21,851 nt of DNA from Octopus sinensis. Lineage: Eukaryota. Positions 10,672 through 19,109 of the stretch are shown here, one piece after another. The DNA lies in contig NW_021823753.1 in the NCBI RefSeq assembly GCF_006345805.1, positions 1 through 21,851 on the forward strand. Reading direction: 5' to 3'. The notes beneath the pieces were generated by a model. The model made no database searches. It saw only the letters and a list, made by a program, of their open reading frames with translations, and had not been told where the DNA came from. The translations under genes and the position numbers were made by a program. Position 1 is the stretch's first letter. Each line of letters starts with the position of its first letter.

Positions 10672-10793
10672 CAATCAGAATGAACATTTAACATTCTATT
10701 ATTTTATTTATTTATTTTATTATATTATCTTATATTATATCATTATAAGATTGTAAATAAAATGTGAAAATCAGACAAGGTTGGAATTCCTTT
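10631..10793 (+). mobile_element. Solo PLE pseudo-LTR remnant inserted in (TA)n
   Basis: Hammerhead followed by a T-rich tract and AATAAA (10756-10761); flanked on both sides by (TA)n. Confidence 0.55.
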
Positions 10794-10794
10794 A

Positions 10795-10799
10795 ATATA

Positions 10800-10842
<43 letters not shown>

Positions 10843-10845
10843 TAT
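10795..10845. repeat. (TA)n microsatellite
   Basis: Direct reading. Confidence 0.95.
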
Positions 10846-11060
10846 AGGTAATAGATAACATATATGCATACATACAGACATATATGTACTACCTACTTCT
10901 ACATGTACATATACATGCATATATAAATATAATACGTAAGTACAGGACACCACACTAGATGTAGAACTCAACGAGAAACGAAAACGGAAAAACAAGCATG
11001 GAGCAAACCATTTTTTTACTACAGAAAAACAGAGTACAAGACAAACTACCAAGGAAAAAT

Positions 11061-11135
11061 CCCCTTCATCAGCTGTCCCTAGTTCGACTCTAGCGTGTTT
11101 CGAAGGTAAGACAGAACACGACTCGTCGAAAATAG
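11061..11135 (-). ncRNA. Candidate permuted hammerhead-like motif, array unit 1
   Basis: Same motif as 12690-12764. Confidence 0.45.
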
Positions 11136-11876
11136 CCCTTCCTGCGAGAGAATTAAAATAAAATTACTTCGCAGGGGGGTAAAAACAAGAAAGAAAAAAA
11201 TAAAATGTAACACAAACAGGACGTAAAAACGATACAAATAAAAATACAAAATAAATTACAAGATAAAAATACATGTACAAGAAAATACAATACGAGAAAT
11301 AAAAACAAACAAGAAAACAAACGAAAAGGCCTTTTTCTGGTTTAGACGGAGGAGATTCTGGCAGCGCAAGGGAAAGCAAATGTGTGTTCACAGTTTGAAG
11401 GCCGCATGTAAAAAGGAAGTAGTTTTGGCTAGCAGTGACAAAGATGAGGAGGAGTGAGAGAGAGAGAGATAGAGGAAGACAAGCGGCTGAGAAAGAGATG
11501 AGGAAGAGTGAGAGAGAGAGAGAAGGGAATGTAAAGCAAAGAGATAAAGCAAAGAATTTCGTGTCATAATTAATATATAAAACAGTACTTGGAGAGAAGA
11601 AGAACGGAACGAAACGAACGAATCGAATCGAATCGACGCGAGGGCGCTGTCAAACAATAGTGTAATAAATAAAATATATGCATACATACAAACATATATG
11701 TACGTACCTACTTCTACATGTACATATACATGCATATATAAATATATACGTAAGTACAGGACACCACAACTAGATGTAGAACTCAACGAGAAACGAAGAC
11801 GGAAAAACAAGCATGGAGCAAACCATTTTTTTACTACAGAAAAACAGAGTACAAGACAAACTACACAAGGAAAAAT

Positions 11877-11951
11877 CCCCTTCATCAGCTGTCCCTAGTT
11901 CGACTCTAGCGTGTTTCGAAGGTAAGACAGAACCCGACTCGTCGAAACTAG
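11877..11951 (-). ncRNA. Candidate permuted hammerhead-like motif, array unit 2 (stem III mismatch at 11934)
   Basis: Same motif; aacccg instead of aacacg. Confidence 0.4.
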
Positions 11952-12689
11952 CCCTTCCTGCGAGAGAATTAAAATAAAATTACTTCGCAGAGGGGTAAAA
12001 ACAAGAAAGAAAAAAATAAAATGTAACACAACAGGACGTAAAAACGATACAAATAAAATACAAAATAATTACAAGATAAAAATACATGTACAAGAAAATA
12101 CAATACGAGAAATTAAAAACAAACAAGAAAACAAACGAAAAGGCCTTTTTCTGGTTTAGACGGAGGAGATTCTGGCAGCGCAAGGGAAAGCAAATGTGTG
12201 TTCACAGTTTGAAGGCCGCATGTAAAAAGGAAGTAGTTTTGGCTAGCAGTGACAAAGATAAGGAGAGGAGAGAGAGAGAGAGATAGAGGAAGACAAGCGG
12301 CTGAGAAAGAGATGAGGAAGAGTGCGAGGAGAGAGAGAAGGGAATGTAAAGCAAAGAGATAAAGCAAAGAATTTCGGTCATAATTAATATATAAAACAGT
12401 ACTTGGAGAGAAGAAGAACGGAACGAAACGAACGAATCGAATCGAATCGACGCGAGGGCGCTGTCAACAATAGTGTAATAAATAAAATATATGCATACAT
12501 ACAAACATATATGTACGTACCTACTTCTACATGTACATATACATGCATATATAAATATATACGTAAGTACAGGACACCACAACTAGATGTAGAACTCAAC
12601 GAGAAACGAAGACGGAAAAACAAGCATGGAGCAAACCATTTTTTTACTACAGAAAAACAGAGTACAAGACAAACTACACAAGGAAAAAT

Positions 12690-12764
12690 CCCCTTCATCA
12701 GCTGTCCCTAGTTCGACTCTAGCGTGTTTCGAAGGTAAGACAGAACACGACTCGTCGAAACTAG
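12690..12764 (-). ncRNA. Candidate permuted hammerhead-like motif, array unit 3
   Basis: Minus strand CGTGT T CTGTCTT A CCTTC GAA ACACG ctagagtcgaacta GGGACAG CTGATGA A GGGG; stems I, II and III pair in register with the cores but the strand order is non-canonical. Confidence 0.45.
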
Positions 12765-13032
12765 CCCTTCCTGCGAGAGAATTAAAATAAAATTACTTCG
12801 CAGAGGGGTAAAAACAAGAAAGAAAAAATAAAATGTAACACAAACAGGACGTAAAAACGATACAAATAAAAATACAAAATAAATTACAAGATAAAAATAC
12901 ATGTACAAGAAAATACAATACGAGAAATAAAAATAAACAAGAAAACAAACGAAAAGGTCTTTTTCTGGCTTAGACGGAGGAGATTCTGGCAGCGCAAGGG
13001 AAAGCAAATGTGTGTTCACAGTTTGAAGGCCG

Positions 13033-13035
<3 letters not shown>

Positions 13036-13063
<28 letters not shown>

Positions 13064-13119
13064 TTATATATACCGATATTCACGTCGTTGAATTTTTTAA
13101 AGTTGCTGTTATAATAATA

Positions 13120-13156
<37 letters not shown>

Positions 13157-13175
13157 TATTATTATTATTATTATT
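13036..13175. repeat. (CA)n (13036-13062) and (ATT)n (13109-13175) microsatellites
   Basis: Direct reading. Confidence 0.9.
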
Positions 13176-13386
13176 GAGGTGCGAGCTGGCAGAATCGTTA
13201 GCACGCTGGACAAAATGCTTAGCTGTATTTTACCCGTCGTTACGTTGAGTTCAAATTCCGCCGCGGCCGATTATGCCTTTCATCCTTTCGGGGTTGATAA
13301 ATTAAGTACCAGTGAAACACTGGAGTCGATGTAATCGACTAGTCCTCTCCCCACAAATTTCAGGCCTTCTGCCTATAGTTGAAAAT
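13176..13386 (+). mobile_element. Family-A tRNA-derived SINE, full length
   Basis: gaggtgcgagctggcagaatcgttagcac...gagttcaaattcc...gcctttcatcctttcgggg...aaatttcaggccttctgcctatag. Confidence 0.9.
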
Positions 13387-13627
13387 ATGTCAATCATCAT
13401 TGCAGCTGCTGTGCTTTCTGCATCAAAGTTACCAGCTTGTTTATTATTACTGCAGTGACTACCGCTGTCAATGAAAAATAGCAGAACCAAGTTTATGTAC
13501 ACAGTATTGGATGAGTCCATTGAGTTTGACAAGTTTTCGTTATTCATCCTGCAATATGTCCATTACTCTTCTCACTAAGCAAGCCGACCCGAACTAGTTG
13601 TACTAAACTACATGTTGCCAGCTGCGC

Positions 13628-13880
13628 TCATACACACACACACACCACAAACAAACACACACACACATATGTATATATGTATGTATATATATATATTGGT
13701 GTGTGTATTATATTATATATATATATATTATATACTATAGTATATAGGAAAAAGAAGCACATTCTAGAGCATGGAGCATATATATTAATATACGTTAAGT
13801 CTATGTCATCCACAAATATCATGTTGTGTGGTGTGTTGTGTTGTGTGTGTGTGTGTGTGGTGTGTGTTGTGTGTTTGTGC
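13628..13880. repeat. Compound (CA)n/(TA)n/(TG)n low-complexity tract
   Basis: Direct reading. Confidence 0.85.
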
Positions 13881-14252
13881 CATGTATGCATACTATAATG
13901 AATCCTATCGGGTTCGACGAGTATTTCACTTATTTGATAAGTATTTCACTTATTTGTACTCGTTAAATTAGCATGTAAGTGACCGAACATTTCGCAGTCA
14001 CGTGTACTCTGAACAATTTTGGGGATGAATGAGTCTAACACTAGTGTAACCCTCTGAATTATAAGCTTATGTTATGTAAGCTTCCAGACAGTTTTTGTCG
14101 AATAAATTTTACTTACAATGCTATGTGTGTATCTACCTTTATATATATATATATATTTATAATAGGATTAGCTCGTATATATATATATATTTTAAAAAAT
14201 GAAGTTCGAAAATGCTGCTGTATTATACAATTTTTAATTTTTATATATACAT

Positions 14253-14293
14253 TATAACATGTTTCAGTTCCTGAAATGAACCTTATCAAAAAA
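14253..14293 (-). ncRNA. Minimal hammerhead variant (U3-A8 core) in pLTR A
   Basis: TTGATAA GGTTC atttcag GAACT GAA ACATGT T ATAA; palindromic stem III; weak stem I. Confidence 0.6.
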
Positions 14294-14627
14294 AGTTATA
14301 TATAAAAAGACAGCTCATGCCGTCAAACACAAGAAATTCATTTATAATACACAACGGAGTCAGACATCTTAGAGTTCATGTATAGTTGATATATTTCATG
14401 TATAGTTGATATATAGTTTGAAGTATATGTTCAAAGTGTTCGATGCAGTGGCCCACGGTGGCGATACGTATTCAATACAAAAAACAGATCAAAGTGGTGG
14501 AAAGCGGTCAATACAGAAGATTGATGTTTCCGAAAGAGCGAGGAATTCATTTTTACCTTAAGCAATTGTGATGACCCATGGTGGAAGTTCGCTGGGTGGT
14601 TCTAGTGAGTTTTTGTGAAATGCTCGG

Positions 14628-15002
14628 TTTTATAATGCCTGTTAGGTGGTCAATCTAGCGTAGCGTGACGTCATCAATGTTTTGACCAATCGTTTCGTTA
14701 GGTGGCTTTAACCAAGTGGAACGGGACGTCATCATTATTTTGACCAATCGCTGCATTATAACTCCCTCTTGTTTGTTTCCTGTCTTGACCAGTCGCTTCG
14801 TTAGTCAAGCATAGCGGGACGTCATCCAGATTCTGCCCAATCACGACTTATAGCTACATTAGATCTGCCCCCCCCTGTCTGTACTTGTTAGGTGACTATT
14901 CAAGCAGAAAAGGACGTCATCAATATTCTGACTAATGACTGTCCCCTGTTTGTATCCTGTCCATTCTAGCAGAGCTAGACGTCATCAACTTGTTGACCAA
15001 TC
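14628..15002 (-). promoter_or_regulatory. pLTR A promoter: five GATTGG-N10-GATGACGTC modules plus TATAAAA
   Basis: GACGTCATC (plus-strand reading) at 14667, 14725, 14818, 14913, 14978, each followed after exactly 10 nt by CCAATC (one CTAATG); TATA at 14628-14634. Confidence 0.75.
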
Positions 15003-15192
15003 AGAATCGGGTCTGACCCTTAGCTGTATCGTATGTATCAGGGTCAGATTTGCACGAAAGAATTTTTTTCCTTTTTTACTAAGGCATATTTCCGTCAGAG
15101 TGAGTGTCTGTTTGAAGTAGCGGCCGTGGTGAAATTTGGTTCTCCTTTTCGGAGGACTTATCTTTTGTTTTAGTATTCCTGGCCCAGGGTGT

Positions 15193-16185
15193 TTAAACTT
15201 GGTCTAAATTTTTTATGAAATATAGTTCTTTATTTTGGCGTTGTGTGAAGGTTGCGTTGTCACTGAATTTATAGAGCGGGTTAGTTGTAAATTTCGGATT
15301 TACATTTCCAGCACATCTATCTATGTGTCCGCTGACCGGTATTTTGCGGTAATCAGGGTTTCTAATTTGTGATTTATGCACCGCCATCCTGTTACGTAAG
15401 CTATTTTTTGTATGGCCTATATACTGCCTATTGCAGCCTGCGCATGTTATGACGTAAATTAAGTTTTCTGATGCGCAGGTGAAGTTTGTTCTAATGGTGA
15501 ACTGGTGGCCTTGTTCCAGTATAAATTCTGATCCTTCTTTCAAGATGACACAGATTCCGCAGTTGGGCCTTCCACATTTTCTAACTGCTGGTTTTGTGGT
15601 TGATGTTGAGTGCAGTGTAGCTTGGGTTAAAATCCTTTTCAAGGATTTTGGTTGCCGTTTACTTTTAATGATGGTGTGTGTTTCGAGGATCCGGTTCATC
15701 TTTGGGTCTCCCTTTAGTAGGGCTGTGCTTTGTAGTATGGTGTTGAAGGCCTCATTGTTGAGTGGGTTGTGTGTAGAGATGTAGGGAAGGGTTTTTAATT
15801 GTTCTTTCTTTTTTGGTTTGTTTTGTCTCAGGTCTTCTATACTTAATTTAAGTACCCGTTGGATTGCACTGTCTATTAGGGGCTGTGGATAGTTTCTATT
15901 TGTGAGTGTGGTTCTAAGTTCCTGGAGACGTGTGTGTCGGGTGTTTGTGTCTGATATTATGGTGCAAATCCTTCTAGCTAAACAAAAAGGGACATTCATT
16001 CTAGTGTGTCGTGGGTGGCATGAATCAAAGGGTAGGTACTGTTTAGAGTCTGTCGGTTTATAGTAGATATCTGTCTCTATTTTGTTGCCGGTTTTCTTAA
16101 TGAGGATGTCTAAAAATGGTAATTCTTTTTCGTTGTGGTCCATCGTGAATTGTATATTGTCATTTATTCCATTTAAATTCCTCAA
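15193..16185 (-). CDS. PLE thumb, Cys-rich linker and GIY-YIG endonuclease (open segment, 330 aa)
   Basis: TDIYYKPTD, HPRH...PF..ARRI, C-x4-C-x2-C linker (15541-15582) characteristic of Neptune-clade PLEs, LIY...YIG, R...H. Confidence 0.93.
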   Translation of the reverse strand: MRNLNGINDNIQFTMDHNEKELPFLDILIKKTGNKIETDIYYKPTDSKQYLPFDSCHPRHTRMNVPFCLARRICTIISDTNTRHTRLQELRTTLTNRNYPQPLIDSAIQRVLKLSIEDLRQNKPKKKEQLKTLPYISTHNPLNNEAFNTILQSTALLKGDPKMNRILETHTIIKSKRQPKSLKRILTQATLHSTSTTKPAVRKCGRPNCGICVILKEGSEFILEQGHQFTIRTNFTCASENLIYVITCAGCNRQYIGHTKNSLRNRMAVHKSQIRNPDYRKIPVSGHIDRCAGNVNPKFTTNPLYKFSDNATFTQRQNKELYFIKNLDQV

Positions 16186-16990
16186 GTTTCTCTATGCCTT
16201 TGTCCCAGATGATGAAACAGTCATCGAGGTATCTTTTCCAGTTGTTATGGATATAGGTGGCGAAGGTGTTTCCATATTTCTCGAGTGTCATCCGGTATAG
16301 TATTTTCTCGAGGTATCCCATCACTAGGTTGGCAAAAGATGGTGCAGTACGCGTGCCCATCGCTGTTCCCGATCTTTGCCTGTAGAAATCATTGTCAAAA
16401 ATAAAATAATTGTTCTCTAAAATGAATCTAAGTCCTTCTATTATAAGGTCTTTGTTTATGCGAGTTGGGAGTTCAAAGGGGTAGTTATTCAGCCAGAAGG
16501 TGATTGCTTCTATTCCTAGGTTGTGAGGGATGTTAGAATAAAGATTAACTACGTCGAATGATACTAGAAGGGTTTTCTCATTGACTGTTTTAGGGAGGTG
16601 GTTGAGCATATCTATATCGTCTCTTACGTAGCTTTTGATGTGTTTTAGGAAAGGTTTAAGAAGTGTGTCTAAGAAATTGCTGAGGCGGTGAGTTTCACAT
16701 GCTGGCCCTGCTATTATCGGTCTTAGTTTAAGATCATTTGGTGAAGGGATTTTGATGAGTGTGTCGGTGGATGTTTTGCACGTTTCTCTAATGGTTTGGC
16801 TTTTGTGTACCTTAGGGATACCATAGAACAAACTCGATTTGCATTTGAAGTTAGTGATGTATTCATACTCCTTGTTCGTGAGTCCTTCTTGGTATGTGTT
16901 GATTAATGTCCTAAGGTTATGCATTATTTTTTGCTGGTTATACTGTTGGGCCCTTTCATAATACGTTTCATCTCTTAATAGGGATAGCAC
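16160..16990 (-). CDS. PLE reverse transcriptase core (open segment, 276 aa)
   Basis: Track ORF with RT motifs A (SFDVVNLY), B (QRSGTAMG) and C (YLDD). Confidence 0.93.
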   Translation of the reverse strand: MLSLLRDETYYERAQQYNQQKIMHNLRTLINTYQEGLTNKEYEYITNFKCKSSLFYGIPKVHKSQTIRETCKTSTDTLIKIPSPNDLKLRPIIAGPACETHRLSNFLDTLLKPFLKHIKSYVRDDIDMLNHLPKTVNEKTLLVSFDVVNLYSNIPHNLGIEAITFWLNNYPFELPTRINKDLIIEGLRFILENNYFIFDNDFYRQRSGTAMGTRTAPSFANLVMGYLEKILYRMTLEKYGNTFATYIHNNWKRYLDDCFIIWDKGIEKLEEFKWNK

Positions 16991-17773
16991 TAAATTTTAT
17001 AATTGTTTGTATTCATTATTACTATCGCGTTGCCCTTATCTGCCTCCTTAATTGTTATTGTTTTCTTCTCTTAGTTTGATGAGGTCGTTCCATTCTCTTT
17101 TGTTGAAGTTAGGGCTGTGTTTTTGTTTCTTGATGAATTGAAACGGGAAATTAGTTATGTAGTCACAATAGCGGTCTAAGGCTTTATTCTTACCTTTGGT
17201 GGGGGTGTAATTGCTCTTGTTTCTAGCTATTGAGTCCTCCTCTATTTGTTTGTCTTGAAATGCCTCGGTGAGTCTTAGTTTTCTGCAAAATTCCGAAATA
17301 TCATCTTTCATTTCATATAATTAGAACGTTGTGGGGTGGGTGTAAATTTAAGTCCTTTGGAGAGTATGCTTATTTCGTTAGGTGTAAGTTCTTTGTTTGA
17401 GAGATTGATTATCTTAATTACCTGAGGTTTCTTTTGTTTGTCCTTTGCCATCGTGTGTCCCTGTTCCTGTGTGTGGGGTCTAAAAAATGTTGGTGTAGTT
17501 ATGTTCAAAGCTATTATTTATCTGTCTCATGTTGTTATAATTGTCAGAGTGAGTTTGTGGTGCTCTGTTCTGGAGTCTGTTGTTGAACCTAGTGTTACGT
17601 CTTAGTTCCTCAGGTGTATTGTGTTGGTAGTTGTTTCCTCCGTAGTGCATTTGTTGTTTGTTATGGTTGTATGGTTGGTTCCTGGGGTGGATGTTTGGTA
17701 GTAGCGTTTTGGTTTGGTTATGTGGGTTGTATTTATAGTATTGTATGTTGTTGTGGCTCTTAGGTTCGTGGAA

Positions 17774-18034
17774 TGGTGTGGTGGGACCCTATAAGTGTTT
17801 TGGGGTTGGTGTAGGTAGTGTGGGGTGCGTTTTAAATGCATTTTTCTGGTGTAGAGTGTGTTTGGATTTCTTGGTGGTTGTTCTGCTCTGTTGGTATGTC
17901 TATTTTCGAACTGGTGTGGTGGGCCTCTGTAGGTGTTTTGGGGTTGGTGTAGGTAGTGTGGGGTGTGTTTTAGGTGTACTTTTCTGGTGTAGAGTGTGGT
18001 AGGATTTCTTGGTGGTTGTTCCGTTCTATTGGTA
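17774..18034 (-). repeat. 138-bp (46-codon) tandem duplication within the PLE N-terminal extension
   Basis: Copies start at 17774 and 17912 (tggtgtggtggg...gtgttttggggttggtgtaggtagtgtggggtg...). Confidence 0.85.
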
Positions 18035-18942
18035 TTTGGTTTTGATTTGCTTAATTTTATGAAGGGGTTGTTGGATATGTGTTCATTTTTGAAGTTGGTT
18101 TCATAATCTAGAAACCAGATGGCGCTCTTTTCCCATCGTTGGAGGGACTTAAGTTCCTCTTTTTCACATTCTTCATTCCATAGTGCTGTAATGTTTCAGT
18201 ATTGTTGTCGTCTATTAGTTTGATGACTTCTTCGTTGATTTCCTCGTCTATGGTTTTACTTTTTCTTCATTCGTTTTAGCTCTCAGCTTAAGTAGTTCTA
18301 TTTCCATCTTCATTTTTTCTAATGACATTTTTCTCTAAGTTTTCTTTGTTCTTCTGGTTCTTCCGAGATGGGTTTGATTTGTAATTTACGGGGTATGACT
18401 AGGGGTGTTGAGTCTAGCCATTTTGGTAAATCTCTGCTTTATTCTGATTTTGTATCATTTTCCAAAAAGCGAATTTTCTGTTTCGCTGTAGTGTTCTCCA
18501 TTGGGGGAGGACTTGGTTCTTTATTTGTAATGTTGAAGTTGCTCGGTTCTTTCATGTGTTCCTTCTTTTTGTTGCTCTTGTTTCGTAAAGTTTGTGAAGA
18601 ATGTCGTCATTGTATCGCATAGATTTTCAACTTTCTCGAATATTTCGGAGGGTGTTTTATTCTATTCGGTTTCCTCGTTAGTTTGTGTAGAAGGGCGAGG
18701 TGTTAAGTTGAGTTTGTTTAACACTGCTGTTAGGTTTGAATTTATGTTTTTCAATTCTTTCAGTATCTCTTCATTTATTGAGGAGATGTCGTTGGTGTCT
18801 TTTTTAGCAGGCATTTTCGGGAGCTCGTACGTGATATGATATTTATAATAGGATTAGCTCGTATACGAGTAGGTATATATTTGTAAAAAATGAAGTTCGA
18901 AAATGCTGCTGTATTATACAATTTTTAATTTTTATATATACA

Positions 18943-18985
18943 TTATAACATGTTTCAGTTCCTGAAATGAACCTTATCAAAAAAA
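18943..18985 (-). ncRNA. Minimal hammerhead variant (U3-A8 core) in pLTR B
   Basis: Identical motif to copy A; predicted cut between 18947 and 18946. Confidence 0.6.
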
Positions 18986-19065
18986 GTTATATATAAAAAG
19001 AGACAGCTCATGCCGTCAAACACAAGAAATTCATTTATAATACACAACGGAGTCAGACATCTTAG

Positions 19066-19109
19066 AGTTCATGTATAGTTGATATATAGTTCATGTATAG
19101 TTGATATAT
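19066..19109. repeat. 22-bp perfect tandem duplication AGTTCATGTATAGTTGATATAT in the pLTR
   Basis: Two perfect units in B and C; the second unit lacks 2 nt in A. Confidence 0.9.

Larger units (their letters stand above)
10848..13035 (-). repeat. Head-to-tail tandem array, unit about 815 bp, about 2.7 copies, non-coding
   Basis: Marker tcatcag at 11066, 11882, 12695 (periods 816 and 813); units near-identical; bounded by (TA)n and (CA)n. Strand assigned from the hammerhead-like motif. Confidence 0.95.
14153..15169 (-). repeat. pLTR copy A (3' pLTR)
   Basis: Near-identical to copy B; begins just after the ORF end. Confidence 0.9.
15170..18814 (-). pseudogene. PLE polyprotein (about 1200 codons reconstructed): N-terminal extension, PLE N-terminal domain, RT, thumb, Cys linker, GIY-YIG; multiple frameshifts
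   Basis: Motifs in order: NLSNKELTPNEISILSKGLKFTPT (17308-17508), FCRKLRLTEAF (17048-17311), EADKGNAIVIM (~17000-17050), LRPII, LVSFDVVNLYSNI, GTAMGTRTAPSFANLVM, RYLDDCF (YLDD 16220-16231), LPFLDI, CGRPNCGIC, NLIYVITCAGCNRQYIGHT. ATG at 18814. Confidence 0.9.

Noticed and set aside
12700-12731. Conventional type II hammerhead reading GAAAC-acgctaga-GTC-gaactagggacag-CTGATGA
   Set aside because: Stem I cannot form (G opposite G at the junction); the swapped-order fold pairs much better.
10848-13035. CRISPR array or satellite DNA
   Set aside because: No repeat-spacer alternation; under three copies with internal RNA structure rather than a long satellite.
11164-13061. Repeated hydrophobic ORFs in the tandem array
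   Set aside because: Low-complexity T-rich strand translations; frames are not preserved between units.
13302-13547. Minus-strand 81-aa ORF with an internal acceptor-like ttcattgacag
   Set aside because: Runs into a SINE; implied intron too short; no homolog recognised.
15012-15048. 9-bp stem TCTGACCCT/AGGGTCAGA in the pLTR
   Set aside because: Real hairpin but no ribozyme core; one stem arm differs in copy C; no function assignable.
15479-18839. Plus-strand ORFs overlapping the PLE (e.g. 15479-15784, 17745-18002, 18368-18622)
   Set aside because: Antisense shadows of the PLE coding strand.
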